64,000 nucleotides of DNA. Source: an uncultured Acidobacteriota bacterium (GTDB lineage Bacteria; Acidobacteriota; UBA6911). A program made the translations under genes and the position numbers. Of the stretch, positions 20,182-32,371 are shown one piece after another (the first letter of the stretch is position 1; the number at the start of each line of letters is the position of its first letter). The notes under the pieces are model-generated. The model had not been told where the DNA came from. It saw only the letters and a list, made by a program, of their open reading frames with translations, and did not search any database. Where the stretch lies: the NCBI GenBank assembly GCA_963843575.1, contig CAWJKZ010000024.1, forward strand, positions 456,232-520,231. The letters are read 5' to 3'.

Positions 20182-22982
20182 TCAACGCTTCAGGATGAAG
20201 ACCAGGGTGGGATCCAGGGGATAGCGGCCGAAGCGCTCGCCGTAGAGGGCCAGCCCCCCCGGCAGCGCCGAGTCCACTTCGAACCGGATGACAATTTCTT
20301 TGGCCTCGGCCGCGGCCCGCAGCGCCGCGGCCGGAACGCCGGCGCTGATCAAGTACCCGTAGGAGCCCGCCTCGCGCAGCTTCTTGTCCCGTTTCTGCGA
20401 GTGCCAGGAGAGAATGCCGCGGTGATCCGCAGGATCGTCGGGCAGGTCGAACTGGCCGATGGAGGTACCGGCGACGCGCACGCGGACGGCGCTGGGGAAC
20501 CTCGCGGCATCGGTCATGGGGTAGGCATTCGGATTGAGGCTCGGGTCGTGCGTGCCCTTGCCGAGCATGAAATCGCCTTCCTGGCGTTGTACCCCCCGCT
20601 TGTCCTTGCCGAAAAGCTGTTTGGCGGAGGCTTCGAAGCTGAGGGAGGCGCCGGCGACGGCGCTCACGTCGAGATCCTCGGGCCAGGGAAGGCGGAACTC
20701 GAAATAGCCGGAACCGGCGCCGTCGGCCTTGAGGCCGTCCAGGACGTTCCACTGTCCAAGCGACCACTCGGCGGCCCGGAAAGCACCCGGCGCAAATCGC
20801 ACTACGCGGGCTGGCGCGCCGTCGAGTTCGGTCCGCTCGTCGCGTCGCGCCGTGCCGTCGGCAACGAGAAAAGTGGTGAAGTTGCGGTGCAGCACCCTGC
20901 CGGACGCGTCTTCCAGGACCAGGCTCAGCAGTGCCAGCGCGGGCTGGTCGGGCATGCGGACGCTCAGCGGCTCCAGTTCCTGCGAGAGCCAGGGCCGGAA
21001 CGTTACGTCCCGGTCCGCCTGCGAGTACCGTTGGGGCCGGCCCAGAGTGTCCCAGCCGGTGAGCGCGACGCGCAGTCGCAGCCGCGCATCCGGAGTCCCC
21101 TCCGTGAGGAACGACGCCCAGAGGGGGACCGACACAACCTCCCCGGGCTTGACCTCGCGGCAGAGATCACTCCCGGTGGAGAGGTAATACGGGCCGTGCA
21201 GGTCGCGCAGGGTCATGCCCTGCACGAGCCCGCCCAGGCCGGTGAACTTTTCGGTGCGATCGAAACGGTAGTAGCCGTTCCACTCGTTGACGACGTCGTG
21301 GTGCTCCGTATACAACCAGCCGCCGATCCTGGGGTGGCGCCGGAATTCGTTCATGGCGACGTGGTAATCCCAGCTCCAGTCGCAATCGCCGGTGCTCCCC
21401 TCATAGCCCCAGACGTTGCCGAACTCGCTGTTGAGGAGGGGCTGGCTGGCCTGCTTGCGCCCGCCGATGAAGTTCCACGCGGAGCCTGGGAACGTGTCGC
21501 GCGTGACCTGGTCGAGGTGCTCCCGCCAGGCGAAGCCCGGCAGATAAGAGTGCCAGGAGTTGATGTCGGTCTCGACGTGGTCGTGGTTGCAGGGGGAGTT
21601 GTCCTCCACGAGCCGCGTGGGGTCGAGTGTCTTGGCCAGGCGATAGACGGAGGCGACCCACGCCTGAGTCTCCGGCAGGTATTTGCGGTCTTTCCCCTTT
21701 CCGCTGAACAGCCCCCACGTTTCGTTGAAAGGCACCCAGGCGAAGATGGCCGGATGATTGAAGTCGCGCCCTATCATGCCGCGCAGGGCGTGTTCGATCT
21801 CCTGGCGCATGGCGGCGTCCGGCTCGCCCCAGCTGTTGGGGACGTCGGCCATGATCAGGAGGCCGAGGCGGTCGGCCCAGTAGAGCTTGCGGGGAACGTC
21901 CACTTTGACGTGGAGCCGGTTGGCGTTCAGGCCGATGCGACGCGAGCGCAGGATCTCGTCGCGCATGAAGGCGTCGGTGGGGAAGGTGTAGAAGCCCTCG
22001 GGGTGATACGACTGATCCAGCGCCATCTGGAGGTACAACGGTCTGTTGTTCAGCGCAACGTAGGGGAAACCGAGCCCCGGCAGGTTCACGACGCTGATCT
22101 TCCGCATCCCGAAATAGCTGGCGACGCGATCCTCGGCGTTGCCGGAGCGCAGCGTGGCGTCGACTTCGTAGAGGAAGGGGTCTTCCAGGGACCACAGACC
22201 GGGCTCCGGGAACCCGGACCTCGAGCCGGATCTCTCTGGCGCCGGGCGCAACCGCCGCCACCGCGTCCGGCAAGCCGCCGGTCTTGAAGTGCAGCCTGAA
22301 TTCGGCGCCGGCGCGGACGGCGGCGTTCAGCCCTGCCGCGACCGTCACTTTGCCCGCATCGATATCCGGCGTGAAACGCACGCTCTCCAGGAAAGTTTCC
22401 GGGCGGGCCTCCAGATATGCCGTCTGCCAGATGCCGCGCGCATTTCCATACCCCTGTTTCCCCTCCAGCTTGAACGGCCGCGGGCTGTCGTCGACGCGCA
22501 GCACGAGCCTGTGCTCCCGGCCGGGCTTGAGATGAGGCGTCAACTCGAACTCGAAGGGGGTGTAGCCGCCCCGGTGCGTGCCCAGACGGCTGCCCGTCGA
22601 GCCACGCCTGCGTCTCCCAGTCGCAGGCGCCGACGACCAGGTAGACGCGCTCTCCCTGCCACGCCTCGGGCGCGCGCACCGGGCGGGCATACCACGCGAC
22701 GGTGGCCTTGTCGGCGACCCCCGAAAGCGCGGAGCCCCACGGGAACGGCACCAGAATGGTGTCCGGGAACCGGGTGCCCGTCGCAAACCATTGCTCCTTG
22801 AGACCGGCGTCTGTCGGATCGAATCGGAACTGCCACGGGCCATTCAGATTGGCCCAGGCCGCGCGTTCGAAATCAGGGCGCGGGTGCTCGGGAAGGGGAA
22901 TGGCGGCATCGACCGCGGGAGTGGGTTGGCTCCCCGGAAGGAGGGACCAGAAAGCAAGCAGCAGCAGTTCGCGCGTTTTCAT
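20182..22982 (-). CDS. Glycoside hydrolase family 2 (frameshifted)
   Basis: Signal peptide; EHPRPDF..NLNGPWQF, HRGGYTPF, LDQSYHPEG, RLHVK and NHPAIFAWVPFNE motifs over three ORF segments. Confidence 0.85.
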
Positions 22983-23025
22983 GGGCGACGATGTTATCAA
23001 AAGACGCCCCGCAATTAAAAACATC

Positions 23026-23053
23026 TGGAGTGCGCCGCCTCGGCGCTGCTTTC
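23026..23053 (+). repeat. REP-like palindrome, copy 1 (consensus TGGAGTGCGGCGNCTCGNCGCCGCTTT)
   Basis: tggagtgcgccgcctcggcgctgcttt; related copies at 27131, 56771, 59219, 61051 and 61223. Confidence 0.7.
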
Positions 23054-23165
23054 ACTCGCGTCCTGCGGCCAGGAATGCCCCGGCGCCTCGGCGCCCCCCC
23101 GAATTGTCGGAATGGCGAGCCGCCAACGTCAATATTGTCCGCTGCAATCGGCCCGCTTCGGCCCG

Positions 23166-24600
23166 TTATTCTGTCGCCTGCTCAATCAGTGTGGAAAAAC
23201 GCCGGTTGATGGCGAGTGCCGGATCGAGAGGGACGGCCACGGGTTTGCAGTCCGGGGGTATGTGGATGACGGGAACCGGGCGAATGTCGCGGCCTTCGAA
23301 TTGCGGGAGCCATCTGCGCTGGGCGCGCAGCATTTCACCGCACATCTCCCGGATCTCGTGCAGGGTGCAGACGGCCGCGGTCAACGGGTCCATCGCGGCG
23401 GCGTGCACAATCGCTTCGGGATCGCCTTCGAGCGCGGCCTGAGCCGCCAGCGTCTGCACGTTGACGTTGGTGATGCAGGCGGCCGCGCACTGTGCCGGCA
23501 GGTCGCCCACCCGTGAGGGGTGGATCCCGGCGGAGTCGGCGAATGCGGGGACCTCGACGCAGCAGCCGTCGGGAAGGTTCGGTATGAACCCGTCGTTGCG
23601 GACGTTGCCCATGAAGCGGAACGGCCGTCCCGTCACGATGGCTTCCATGATGTAGGAGCAGTACTCGACGCTCCGGCTCTCGATCTGGGCGACTCGTATT
23701 CCAGCGGATCGTGCGCGGCGTACTTCGCTGACAGCGCCTTCGAGTACTTGTAGTAGGCTCCGCTCTCTCCGCCGAAGCTCGGTTCGTCGCAATACGTGTC
23801 GAGGGCCTTCCGGTTTTTGCGGAACCAGGGGACGTATTCGCTCAGGTGCCCGGTGCTTTCGGTCATGAAATAGCCGAAATGACGGAAGACCTCGCCGCGG
23901 ACCTTTTCGTTCTGGTAGTACTCGGGTCGTTCGAAGAGCTCCCGCAGCTGCGGGTAGAGGTCGCGCCCGCGGTGGTGCAGGGAGAGGAACCAGTCCATGT
24001 GGTTGATCCCGCCGCAGGTGTAGACGATTTCCTCCTTGGGGACGCCGCAGTAGCCGGCGATGAGGTCCAGCGTCGTCTGCACGCCGTGGCAGAGCCCGAC
24101 AAAGGCCGCGTCGGTAGCACGGCCCAGCGCGAGGCAGCAGGCCGCCATCGGGTTGGCGTACTGCAGCATGACCGCTCCCGGGCGGGCCAGCCGCTTCATG
24201 TCCCCGCGCGATGCCGGTCAGCACCGGAATGGTACGCAGACCCGCGGAAAATGCCGCCGGGTCCCAGCGAATCGCCGATGCACTGGTCCACGCCGAACCG
24301 CAGCGGGATCTCGTAGTCGAAGCCGAACGCCTCGAGACCGCCCACCTGGATCATGACCACGACAAAGTCGGCGTCGCGCAGAGCCTCCTCCCGGCTGGTG
24401 GTCGCCTGGACCGTCGCGTCCAGGCCGTTTTCCCGGACCATGCGCTTGCCGAAAGCTTCCATGCGGCGCAGCTTGGACTCGGTGGGGCTCATGAGCGCCA
24501 GCTCGGCGTCCGAGAGGCACGGGGTGGCGAGGATGTCGTTCATCAGGGTCTTGCAGAACACGACGCTTCCGGCCCCGATCATCGCGATTTTTATTGGCAT
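23166..24600 (-). CDS. melA: NAD-dependent alpha-galactosidase, GH4 (frameshifted)
   Basis: KIAMIGAGS, DQCIGDSLGPGG, YANPM, GLCHGV, GINHM, TESTGHLSEY and CCVEVPA motifs. Confidence 0.85.
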
Positions 24601-24635
24601 GTTTCACCTCGAAAGGGTCAGGTCGGCAGCGTTCC

Positions 24636-24956
24636 TCATTTCAACGGCAGGGTGACCGGCTTGCCGCTGGCCGCCGACAGTCGCGCGGCCTCCATGATCT
24701 GCACCACGTCCAGGTTGAATTCCGGGCTTACCATGCCCTCGACCGCCTTTCCCGTTCGCACGACATGGGCAAAGTAGGCGATGGGGTCGCGCCGGCACTC
24801 GTCGAGCGGAGGCGCCGGGACCTCCTTCCGGTCCCGGCGGATGCGCGCGTTCTGCTGCGCACGAACCCCGAGGGCCGGGGCTAAGCAGGCGAACGACAAC
24901 ACTGCGGCCAAAACGACGGCAAGCAGCCCCGCGCAGTGCGCCGGGGACATAGTCAC
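24636..24956 (-). pseudogene. Gfo/Idh/MocA oxidoreductase remnant (signal peptide joined in frame to the C-terminal tail)
   Basis: Signal peptide ...VRAQQN joined to DPIAYF...NLDVVQIMEAARLSAASGKPVTL; no Rossmann domain. Confidence 0.55.
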
Positions 24957-25160
24957 GTCTGTGTTCAGTAATAGCGTTCCTTGATCCGCGACGGCATGGA
25001 TGAGGGCTATTGTATGACATTTTCGCAGATCACGTGCCCTCCGTTCGCCGACCTGCGCCGACCCGCATGTCCGGTCGGCGCTTCCTCGGCGTCTGTCGGC
25101 GAACGGGCTGGGGCACTGTCATCGGTCCGAGCCCGGCGCCGCGCGGATCCGCCGAGCCGA

Positions 25161-25536
25161 TCACCCGGCGACTTCGGAACGGGGGGCCGGCTGCAGGATG
25201 CCGAACATGTTGCCTTCGGGGTCGGCGCAATAGGCGTGCAGCCCGATCCCGGGTATCTGGTTCGGGCCGTGAATTTTTCGGCCCCCGGCCTGCTCGATCT
25301 TTCGAAGCGCCTCGTCCAGCGAAGCGACGTCGACGGTGTTGATCACCGGCTGAGGAAAATGCTTGTGCATCAGGCCGCCGTTGATGCCGGGCGTCCCCTC
25401 GGCGCCCGTGGTTACGAGCCAGTAGGCTTGCGACCCGCCCCAGGTTGAGACATCCCAGCCGAGCACGTCGCGATAGAACGCCGCCATCGTCTCGGGGTTG
25501 TCACATAGGATTTCGAAATGGATTCGGCCTGTGCAT
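25161..25536 (-). CDS. VOC/glyoxalase family protein (one frameshift near the start)
   Basis: (I)HFEI..FYRDVLGW, GINGGL and YCADPEGNMFG motifs. Confidence 0.85.
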
Positions 25537-25703
25537 GTTCACCCTCCTCAGTGATGCGGTTTTCCGCGATCCGCCAGGGCCAGCGCCCTGGCCTGCAGTT
25601 CCAATGCCTGCACCGTCGCCGGAGCGAAGTCTAGCAGCGGGGCGGGGCAAGTCACAACGCCGGCACGTTTGCGCCGCCGGCCTGTGCGGATTATCATAAC
25701 CCC

Positions 25704-27124
25704 ATGCACTCCAGGAGGGCTTTCATCGCGGGCATCGTGGCGGCCGTGCCCGCCCTGAGCCTGCGCGGGGCGGACGACCTGTTCAGGTTGAGCCTCGTGG
25801 AAGCCGCCGAGATGGTGCGGCGGAGGACGGTCTCGCCGGTCGATCTGACCCGGGCATGCCTGGGGCGCATCCAGAAGCTCAACCCCCTGCTCAACGCGTT
25901 CGTGACGGTGACTGCAGAACAGGCGGTCGCGCAAGCGCGGCGGCTGGAGGCGGAGCTGCGCGGAGGCGGCCCGCGCTCGGCGCTCCACGGCATCCCGGTT
26001 GCCCTGAAAGACCTGATCGACACCCGGGGGGTGCGGACGACGGCCGGCAGCGCACTGTGGGCCCGGCGTATCCCTGCGGAGGACGCCGAGGTTGTGCGCC
26101 GCCTGGCGGCGGCCGGGGCGGTGCTCGTGGGGAAGTGCAACATGGACGAGTTCGCCTACAACTTCACCTCCGAGACCAGCCACTTCGGCCCGATCCGCAA
26201 TCCCTGGAACTCGGGTCGCTCGCCGGGCGGGAGTTCGGGCGGTTCCGCGGTGGCCGTGGCGTCCGGCATGTGCTTCGCCGCCCTCGGCTCCGACACCGGC
26301 GGATCGATCCGCCTGCCGGCGGCGCTGTGCGGCATCACCGGGCTCAAGCCCACCTACGGCAGGGTGAGCACCGAGGGGGTGGCGCCGCTGTCCTGGTCCC
26401 TCGATCACGTCGGGCCGATGTGCCGCAGCGCGCGGGACGCGGCCGCTGTCCTGGAGGTCATCGGCCCCGGCGCTCCCCAGGCGCCGGCCCGGAACACGAA
26501 GGAGCTGCGCCTGGGCCTGCCCCGCAGACCCTATTTCGTGCAACTCCACCCCGACGTCGAGAAGTCGGTCGCAGCAGGCCGTGCGCGTGCTCGCACGCGT
26601 GACGGCCGGCGCCGCCGAGATCGACTTGCCCCCGCTCCCGGCGTTCGAGGCATGGCCGGACCTCCCCAAGACCTATGCCCTGATCATCTCGGCCGAAGCG
26701 TATACGTTCCACCGCGGCATGTTGGCGCAGCAGGCCGCAGCCTACCACCCGGCGACACGGCGGAGTCTGGAAGGGGGTGCCGCCATCCCCGCCGCCGACT
26801 ACATCGACGCGCGTCGGGAGATGGACCTGCTGCGGGCGCAGTCCGACACCCTGTTCGCGCAGGCCGACGTTCTGGTCACCCCGGCGTCGCCTGCTCCGGC
26901 CTTCGAACTCGGCAAGCCCGCCAGCCTCGTGTTTTTGCGCAACTGCGCGCCCTGGAACCTGTACGGGCTGCCGTCCATTACCGTCCCGTGCGGTTTCTCC
27001 GGCGACGGCCTGCCGGTCGGCCTGCAGCTGACGGGGCCCTCGGGGAGCTGACGCCCTGCTGCTGTCGCTTGCTTCCACGTACCAGGCCGAAACCGACTGG
27101 CACACCCGCCGCCCGTCCCCCTAG
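25704..27124 (+). CDS. Amidase-signature family (GatA-like) enzyme with Tat signal (frameshifted)
   Basis: SRRAF Tat motif; LHGIPVALKD, GGSSGGS, GSDTGGSIRLPA and GLPVGLQL; ends DWHTRRPSP*. Confidence 0.85.
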
Positions 27125-27130
27125 CCCCCC

Positions 27131-27152
27131 TGGAGTGCGGCGCCTCGACGCC
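27131..27152 (+). repeat. REP-like palindrome, truncated copy
   Basis: tggagtgcggcgcctcgacgcc, then diverges from the consensus GCTTT. Confidence 0.65.
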
Positions 27153-27519
27153 AGTCCTTCGAGAAACAATGACAGTACGGGCCTCGCGGTAAATGACATG
27201 GTTACCGGCAAGGATCGCATTTCCTTGGCAACCATGAAACCGGAGGCCCTGGAAAAAGCATATGGGATTGGACGTACACAGCTCAACAACTCAAGTCGGC
27301 GTATTGAACGACCGCGGCCGGGAAGTGGAGTACAAGAAGATCCCGACACGGGAAGTGGATCTGGTGGCGTTCATGCGAAAGAGAGTCAGATGGCGGATTT
27401 CGCCACACGGATCATCGAACCACATGCGGCGGCCAAGGTGATTCGATGCATGCCCCAGCACAGCCGGCTGATCAGCCAGTCTGAGAGGAAGTGCGATTGC
27501 GAGGATGCGCGTCAGCTAC
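27153..27519 (+). mobile_element. IS110-family transposase remnant (N-terminal DEDD domain only)
   Basis: ATG at 27262 reads MGLDVHSSTTQVGVLNDRGREV; after a frameshift ESQMADF...RLISQSERKCDCEDARQL contains the KxDxxDA motif; lower GC than flanks. Confidence 0.75.
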
Positions 27520-27551
27520 CCTTCGAGTCGGGTCCTTCCGTTTGCCTCCGG

Positions 27552-28918
27552 TCAGAGTTTCCAGGGCGCCCGGTACTCGTAATCCAGCAGACGGTTGGCC
27601 CGCTCGTCGTTGGTGACCCGCTCGCTTTTTCGCGTCCCACTCGATGCGCGAGCGGGTGGCGAGCGCCAGGTTGGCGAGGTGTGCGAAGCTGGTCGAGCGG
27701 TGGCCGGTTTCCAGGTCGCAGTTGCACTTGCCGCGCGACTTGACGCAGTCGAGGAAGTTGCGGATGTGCTGGTGGGTCAGGTCGCCGTCCATCGGCGCGA
27801 CCTCCTGAGCCTCGACCTTCGCCGGCCGGCCTCTGGAACTGCCCCTTGCCCGACGGCAGGATCTTGTAACCGCGCGCCTCGGTCCCCGGGTAGAGGTTGC
27901 CCAGCGTCCCGCAGAACTCGATCTCGCCGCTGGGCAGCGGCCGGCTGTCGCACGCCTCGTACTGGCCGAACACCATCACCCGCCCGGAGGCGAACTCGAA
28001 GGCGACCTCCATCGTGTCGGGGATCGTGCGGTCGTCGTCCACCAGGTATCTCCCCCCCTGTGCGGTCACCGCGACGGGCGCCTCCTCGTCCAGCACCCAG
28101 CGCATCGCGTCGCAGTAGTGAACGCCCCAGTTGCCCATCTGGGAGGAGTAGTCCTGCCACCAGCGGAACTTGTAGGGTGCGATGCTGTACCGGAACGGAC
28201 GCGCCGCGCGCGGCCCCAGCCAGGCGTCCCAGTCCAGCCCCTTCGGCGGGGCGGCATCGGGATACCGGCCGATGCCGTTCGGGAACATGTTGCTGGTGCG
28301 ATAGGCGCGGGCCACGCTGACCCGACCGATTTTCCCGCCGCGCACGAGCTCGTGCACCTGGCGGTACAGGTTCGAGGAACGGCGGTGGAGCCCCACCTGC
28401 ACGACGCGCCCGGTCCGCCGCTGCGCCTCGACCATCTTGCGGCCCTCCGGGATCGTGACGGTGAGCGGTTTCTCGACGTAGACGTCCTTCCCGGCCTCGA
28501 GCGCCATGATGGTCTGAATCGCGTGCCAGTGGTCGGGGGTCGCGACGACGACCGCATCGATGTCCCGCTGCTCCAGCAGGCGGCGGAAATCCTTGTGGCG
28601 GGCCACCGGGGTGTCGAACCGCTCCCCCATCCTGGGCGCGTACCCTTCGACCGACCGGAGGATCTCCGGGTCGACCTGCGCCCTGTCCCGCGCGAGGTAA
28701 GGCTCGTAGACATCGCAGAGCGCCGCGATCTGACAGTCGGGCTGCGCCATGAATCCCGCCAGCAGCTGCGACCCGCGGTTGCCCACCCCGATGAAGCCGA
28801 CGCGGATTTTGTCGGCGGCCCGCGCGCCGGTCCGCGCCGAGACGGTCGTCGCCGCGGCGGCAGCCGCGGAGTGTGTCAGAAAACATCTCCTGCTGATTCC
28901 CTGCGCCCCATCGTCCAT
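27552..28918 (-). CDS. Gfo/Idh/MocA oxidoreductase with Tat signal (frameshifted at the C-terminus)
   Basis: ISRRCFL; VGFIGVGNRG, ATPDHWH, VYVEKP and NWGVH; ends YRAPWKL*. Confidence 0.85.
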
Positions 28919-29002
28919 GGATCCCTCCTGTACCGGGCAGCATAGCCCCGCAACGCGCGCCTGGGCAACCCGTCGAGTGTCTTCGACGGGCTTCGCGCCC
29001 CT

Positions 29003-29549
29003 TCAGGGACGCGAGCCCGGGATCACCCAGAGGTAGACCGGCCGGCCTCTGACCTGCAGCTGTTTGGCAGGCTGCCATTCGCCCATGTCATGTATGTAGG
29101 AGACAACCCGGGTCCCGGGCCTCAGCTCTTTGAGCAGCTTCGGCTGGAGTTTGAGGTTGAGCGAAGGCCACAGGAAGAGCGTGACGACCGTCGCCTCCCG
29201 GATGTCGGCCTCGAACAGGTCCTCCTCGAGAAAACGCACCCGGGATGCGATCCCCGGCCGTCCGGGCATTTTCCGTCGATTCGCTGATCCGCTGAGGGTC
29301 GATGTCGATCCCGACTCCGCGCGCGCCAAAATCGCGCGCGGCCGCGACGACGATTCGGCCGTCGCCGCAACCCAGGTCGTAGACGACGTCGTCCTTTCCG
29401 ACGTCCGCCAGCCGGAGCATTTCGGCCACTACGTCGTCGGGAGTCGGTTCCCAGTGCACGTCGGGTGCACGCCTCGGAGACTTCTGATCGTATGCCGGAC
29501 TCAAGGTCAGGCAGACCGCCAGCGGAAGAAGAAACGGTCTGAATCGCAT
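29003..29549 (-). CDS. Class I SAM-dependent methyltransferase with signal peptide (frameshifted)
   Basis: PTPDDVV..ML, VYDLGCGDGRI, GIDID, ATVVTLFL and LRPGTRVVS motifs. Confidence 0.85.
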
Positions 29550-29682
29550 CGCACGACCCCTGTCAAAGGTTGGGAGCAAGTGAAGAACGCAAAAGCGAGA
29601 TGCCGGTCATATTTTGATGACGCGAAGGCGGCATCCGGCCTAGTATCCAACATCTCACAGTGAAACGAAACAGGCGGGACCT

Positions 29683-30108
29683 ATGACCAGGAAGCGCCCG
29701 CTCGCGAAGCGAGCGGACCACGAGCCGCCTGCCGCAATCGCGCGGTGGGGATGGCGGTACCATCATCTTGGGATTCCCACGAGCACGCCGCGGCACGGCG
29801 AGCGGCACCTCACCCACCTGAAGCTGCACGTGAGCGGCTTCGACACCAGCCCGTACGGGGTGGAGTGGATGCGCTTCGAACCGGACTGTGCGGTTCACGA
29901 ACTGGTGAGGACAGTGCCGCACGTCGCCTTCGAAGTGGACGATCTCGACGCCGAACTCGCGGGGAAGGAGATCCTGGGTGGGCCCGCATCCCCTTCGCCG
30001 GGCGTCAGGGCCGCCATGATCATCCACGACGGCGCCCCCGTGGAACTGATCGAGTTCCGGGGGGTGCGCGCCACGGGCAGACCTCGGCGCCGTCGCAGTG
30101 CATCTTGA
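29683..30108 (+). CDS. VOC-like protein
   Basis: YHHLGIPT, PHVAFEVDDL and GAPVELIEF motifs. Confidence 0.75.
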   Translation: MTRKRPLAKRADHEPPAAIARWGWRYHHLGIPTSTPRHGERHLTHLKLHVSGFDTSPYGVEWMRFEPDCAVHELVRTVPHVAFEVDDLDAELAGKEILGGPASPSPGVRAAMIIHDGAPVELIEFRGVRATGRPRRRRSAS

Positions 30109-30121
30109 ACGGCACGACGGA

Positions 30122-30174
30122 AGACAAAAACAACTTGTCACGGACGACACGGGAAAAAAGCCGGAGTACACGGA
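30122..30174 (+). repeat. ~52-bp repeat, copy A (inverted relative to 35621-35672)
   Basis: AGACAAAAACAACTTGTCACGGACGACACGGGAAAAAAGCCGGAGTACACGGA. Confidence 0.8.
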
Positions 30175-30537
30175 AGGAATCGTCCGCCCTGCCAGTGGTC
30201 CTCTGAGAGCCCTCGAGGCGAGCGACCTCTGAAGCGCCCGGGCACCGGCCGCCACCGGGTTCCGGTCGGGCGGCAAACGAAACTGTGTTATGATTTCACT
30301 TCATACATAGCGATTGTCGGCGACAGCCGCGGGCGAGGGGAGGAGACAGCCGCGCCTCGCGGGAGGAGCGGCCGGTACGGGCAACCATAAGCAGGAGCGT
30401 CAGGGACTTATACCTTCATGTGCCCGCCTCGGCTGTTCACCAACATTGAGGACCTTTTGAACGAAGATCGCTGACGGGCCGGCGCGTTGCCCGGCTGCGG
30501 GCGGCGGCGCGTTGCCGATCTTCGCGACGGAGCAGAT

Positions 30538-32356
30538 GTGAGACACGCAACGGAGAAGGTGGTCGGCGATATTTGCGAGCGCTACGGGAACGACCGCACG
30601 CGCATGATGGACATCGTTCTCGCGGTGCAGGAACGGTTTGGCTGCGTCTCGCCCGAGGCCATGGACGTGATCGCCCGCGCGGTCGGTTCGCACCGGGTCG
30701 AGGTCGAGAGCGTCGTCACGTTTTACGCGTTCCTCTCGGTGAAGCCCCAGGGCAAGGTCGTCATCCGTCTCTGCAACGACATCGTCGACTGGATGAAGGG
30801 CTACGAGGACGTCGCCGACGCCATGGCCAAGGAGCTCGGCGTCACGATGGGGGAAACGACGCCCGGACGGCGCCATCACCCTGACCCACACCGCCTGCAT
30901 CGGGATGAGCGATCAGGCGCCCGCGGCGCTGGTGAACGACACGGTGGTCACGCACCTGACCCCCGAGCGGGGCCGCCAGCTGATCCGGGACCTGAGGCGC
31001 CACCTGGATCCCGCAGCAGCTGGTCACGATGGTCGGGGACGGGAACAACGCGCACCCGCGCGTGCGCGCGATGGTGCGCAACAACATCCGGCAGCGCGGC
31101 CCGGTGCACTTCGCCGACTTTGAACCGGGGAGCGCGTTGCGCCGCACGCTGGCGCTGGAGCCCGAGGACGTGATCCGGCGAGATCAAGGCGTCGCGCCTG
31201 CGCGGCCGGGGCGGCGCAGGCTTCCCCGCCGGGCTCAAGTGGGAGCTCGCGCGCAATGCCGCGGGGCCTCGCCGGTACATCCTGTGCAACGCCGACGAAG
31301 GCGAACCCGGCACCTTCAAGGACCGCGTCCTGCTCACCGAGTGTCCCGGATCTCATGCTGGAGGGCATGACGATCGCGGGGTACGCCGTGGGGAGCGACA
31401 CCGGCATCGTGTATCTGCGGGGCGAGTACCGCTACCTCCTGCCCTTCCTCGAGAGCGTCGTCGAGGAGCGGCGCCGGCAGGGACTGCTGGGCCGCGACAT
31501 CCTGGGGAAGGCCGGATTCGACTTCGACGATCCGTTTCCAGCTCGGCGCGGGAGCCTATGTGTGCGGCGAGGAGACGGCGCTCATCAGCTCGTGCGAAGG
31601 GCTGCGCGGCGATCCGAGAAACCGGCCCCCGTTCCCGCCGCAGAAGGGCTACCTCGGGGCGCCGACGATCGTCAACAACGTGGAGACCTTCTGCTGCGCC
31701 TCGCGGATCATGATCGAAGGGGCCGCCTGGTTCGCCGCCATGGGTTCGGGGCGCACGTCGGGCACGAAGGTGCTCAGCATCTCCGGCGACTGCCGCAAGC
31801 CGGGCGTCTACGAGGTTCCCTTCGGGATTACGGCGACGCGAACTGCTGGACATGACCGAGGCGGACAATCCGGGCGCCATGCTGATCGGCGGCCCCTGCC
31901 GGCAGATGATCGGGCCGGAACGGTTCGGCGGGAAGATCTGCTACGACGACCTGGCCACCGGCGGCGCCATCATGATCTTCAATCGCGCCCGCAACAAGCT
32001 CGAGATCGCCGAACATTACCTCGATTTCTTCATCGAGGAGAGCTGCGGTCACTGCACGCCCTGCCGGGTCGGGCTGATCCACCTGAAAAAGGCGGTGCAC
32101 AAGGTGGTCACCGGCGCGGGCGAGCCCGCCGATCTCGACTGCGATGCGCGAGCTGTCCAACTTCATCATACAGACCAGCCGCTGCGGCCTCGGACAGGCC
32201 GCCCCCAATCCTGTGCTCGGCGCCCTGGAGAATTTCAGCGAGCTTTACGCCGGGCTGGTGGCCGAACGCAAGCCGGGCCTGCTGCCGACTTTCGACCTGT
32301 CCGCCGCCGTGGTCGACGCCGAGCTGCGCGTCGGCCGGCAGTCGGAATACGTTTAG
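30538..32356 (+). CDS. hoxF: NAD-reducing hydrogenase diaphorase large subunit (NuoE-like plus NuoF; several frameshifts)
   Basis: VVTFYAF; [43 protein letters not shown] and SRCGLG motifs. Confidence 0.9.
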
Positions 32357-32371
32357 TCCAGGAGAGCAATT

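Noticed and set aside
25704-27743. Apparent 679-aa amidase fusion protein
   Set aside because: A frameshift near 26580 carries the reading frame past the true amidase end and through the IS110 remnant.
30283-30301. Rex or CRP/FNR box upstream of hox (TGTGTTATGATTTCAC)
   Set aside because: Half-site spacing is one base off both consensuses and the match is weak.
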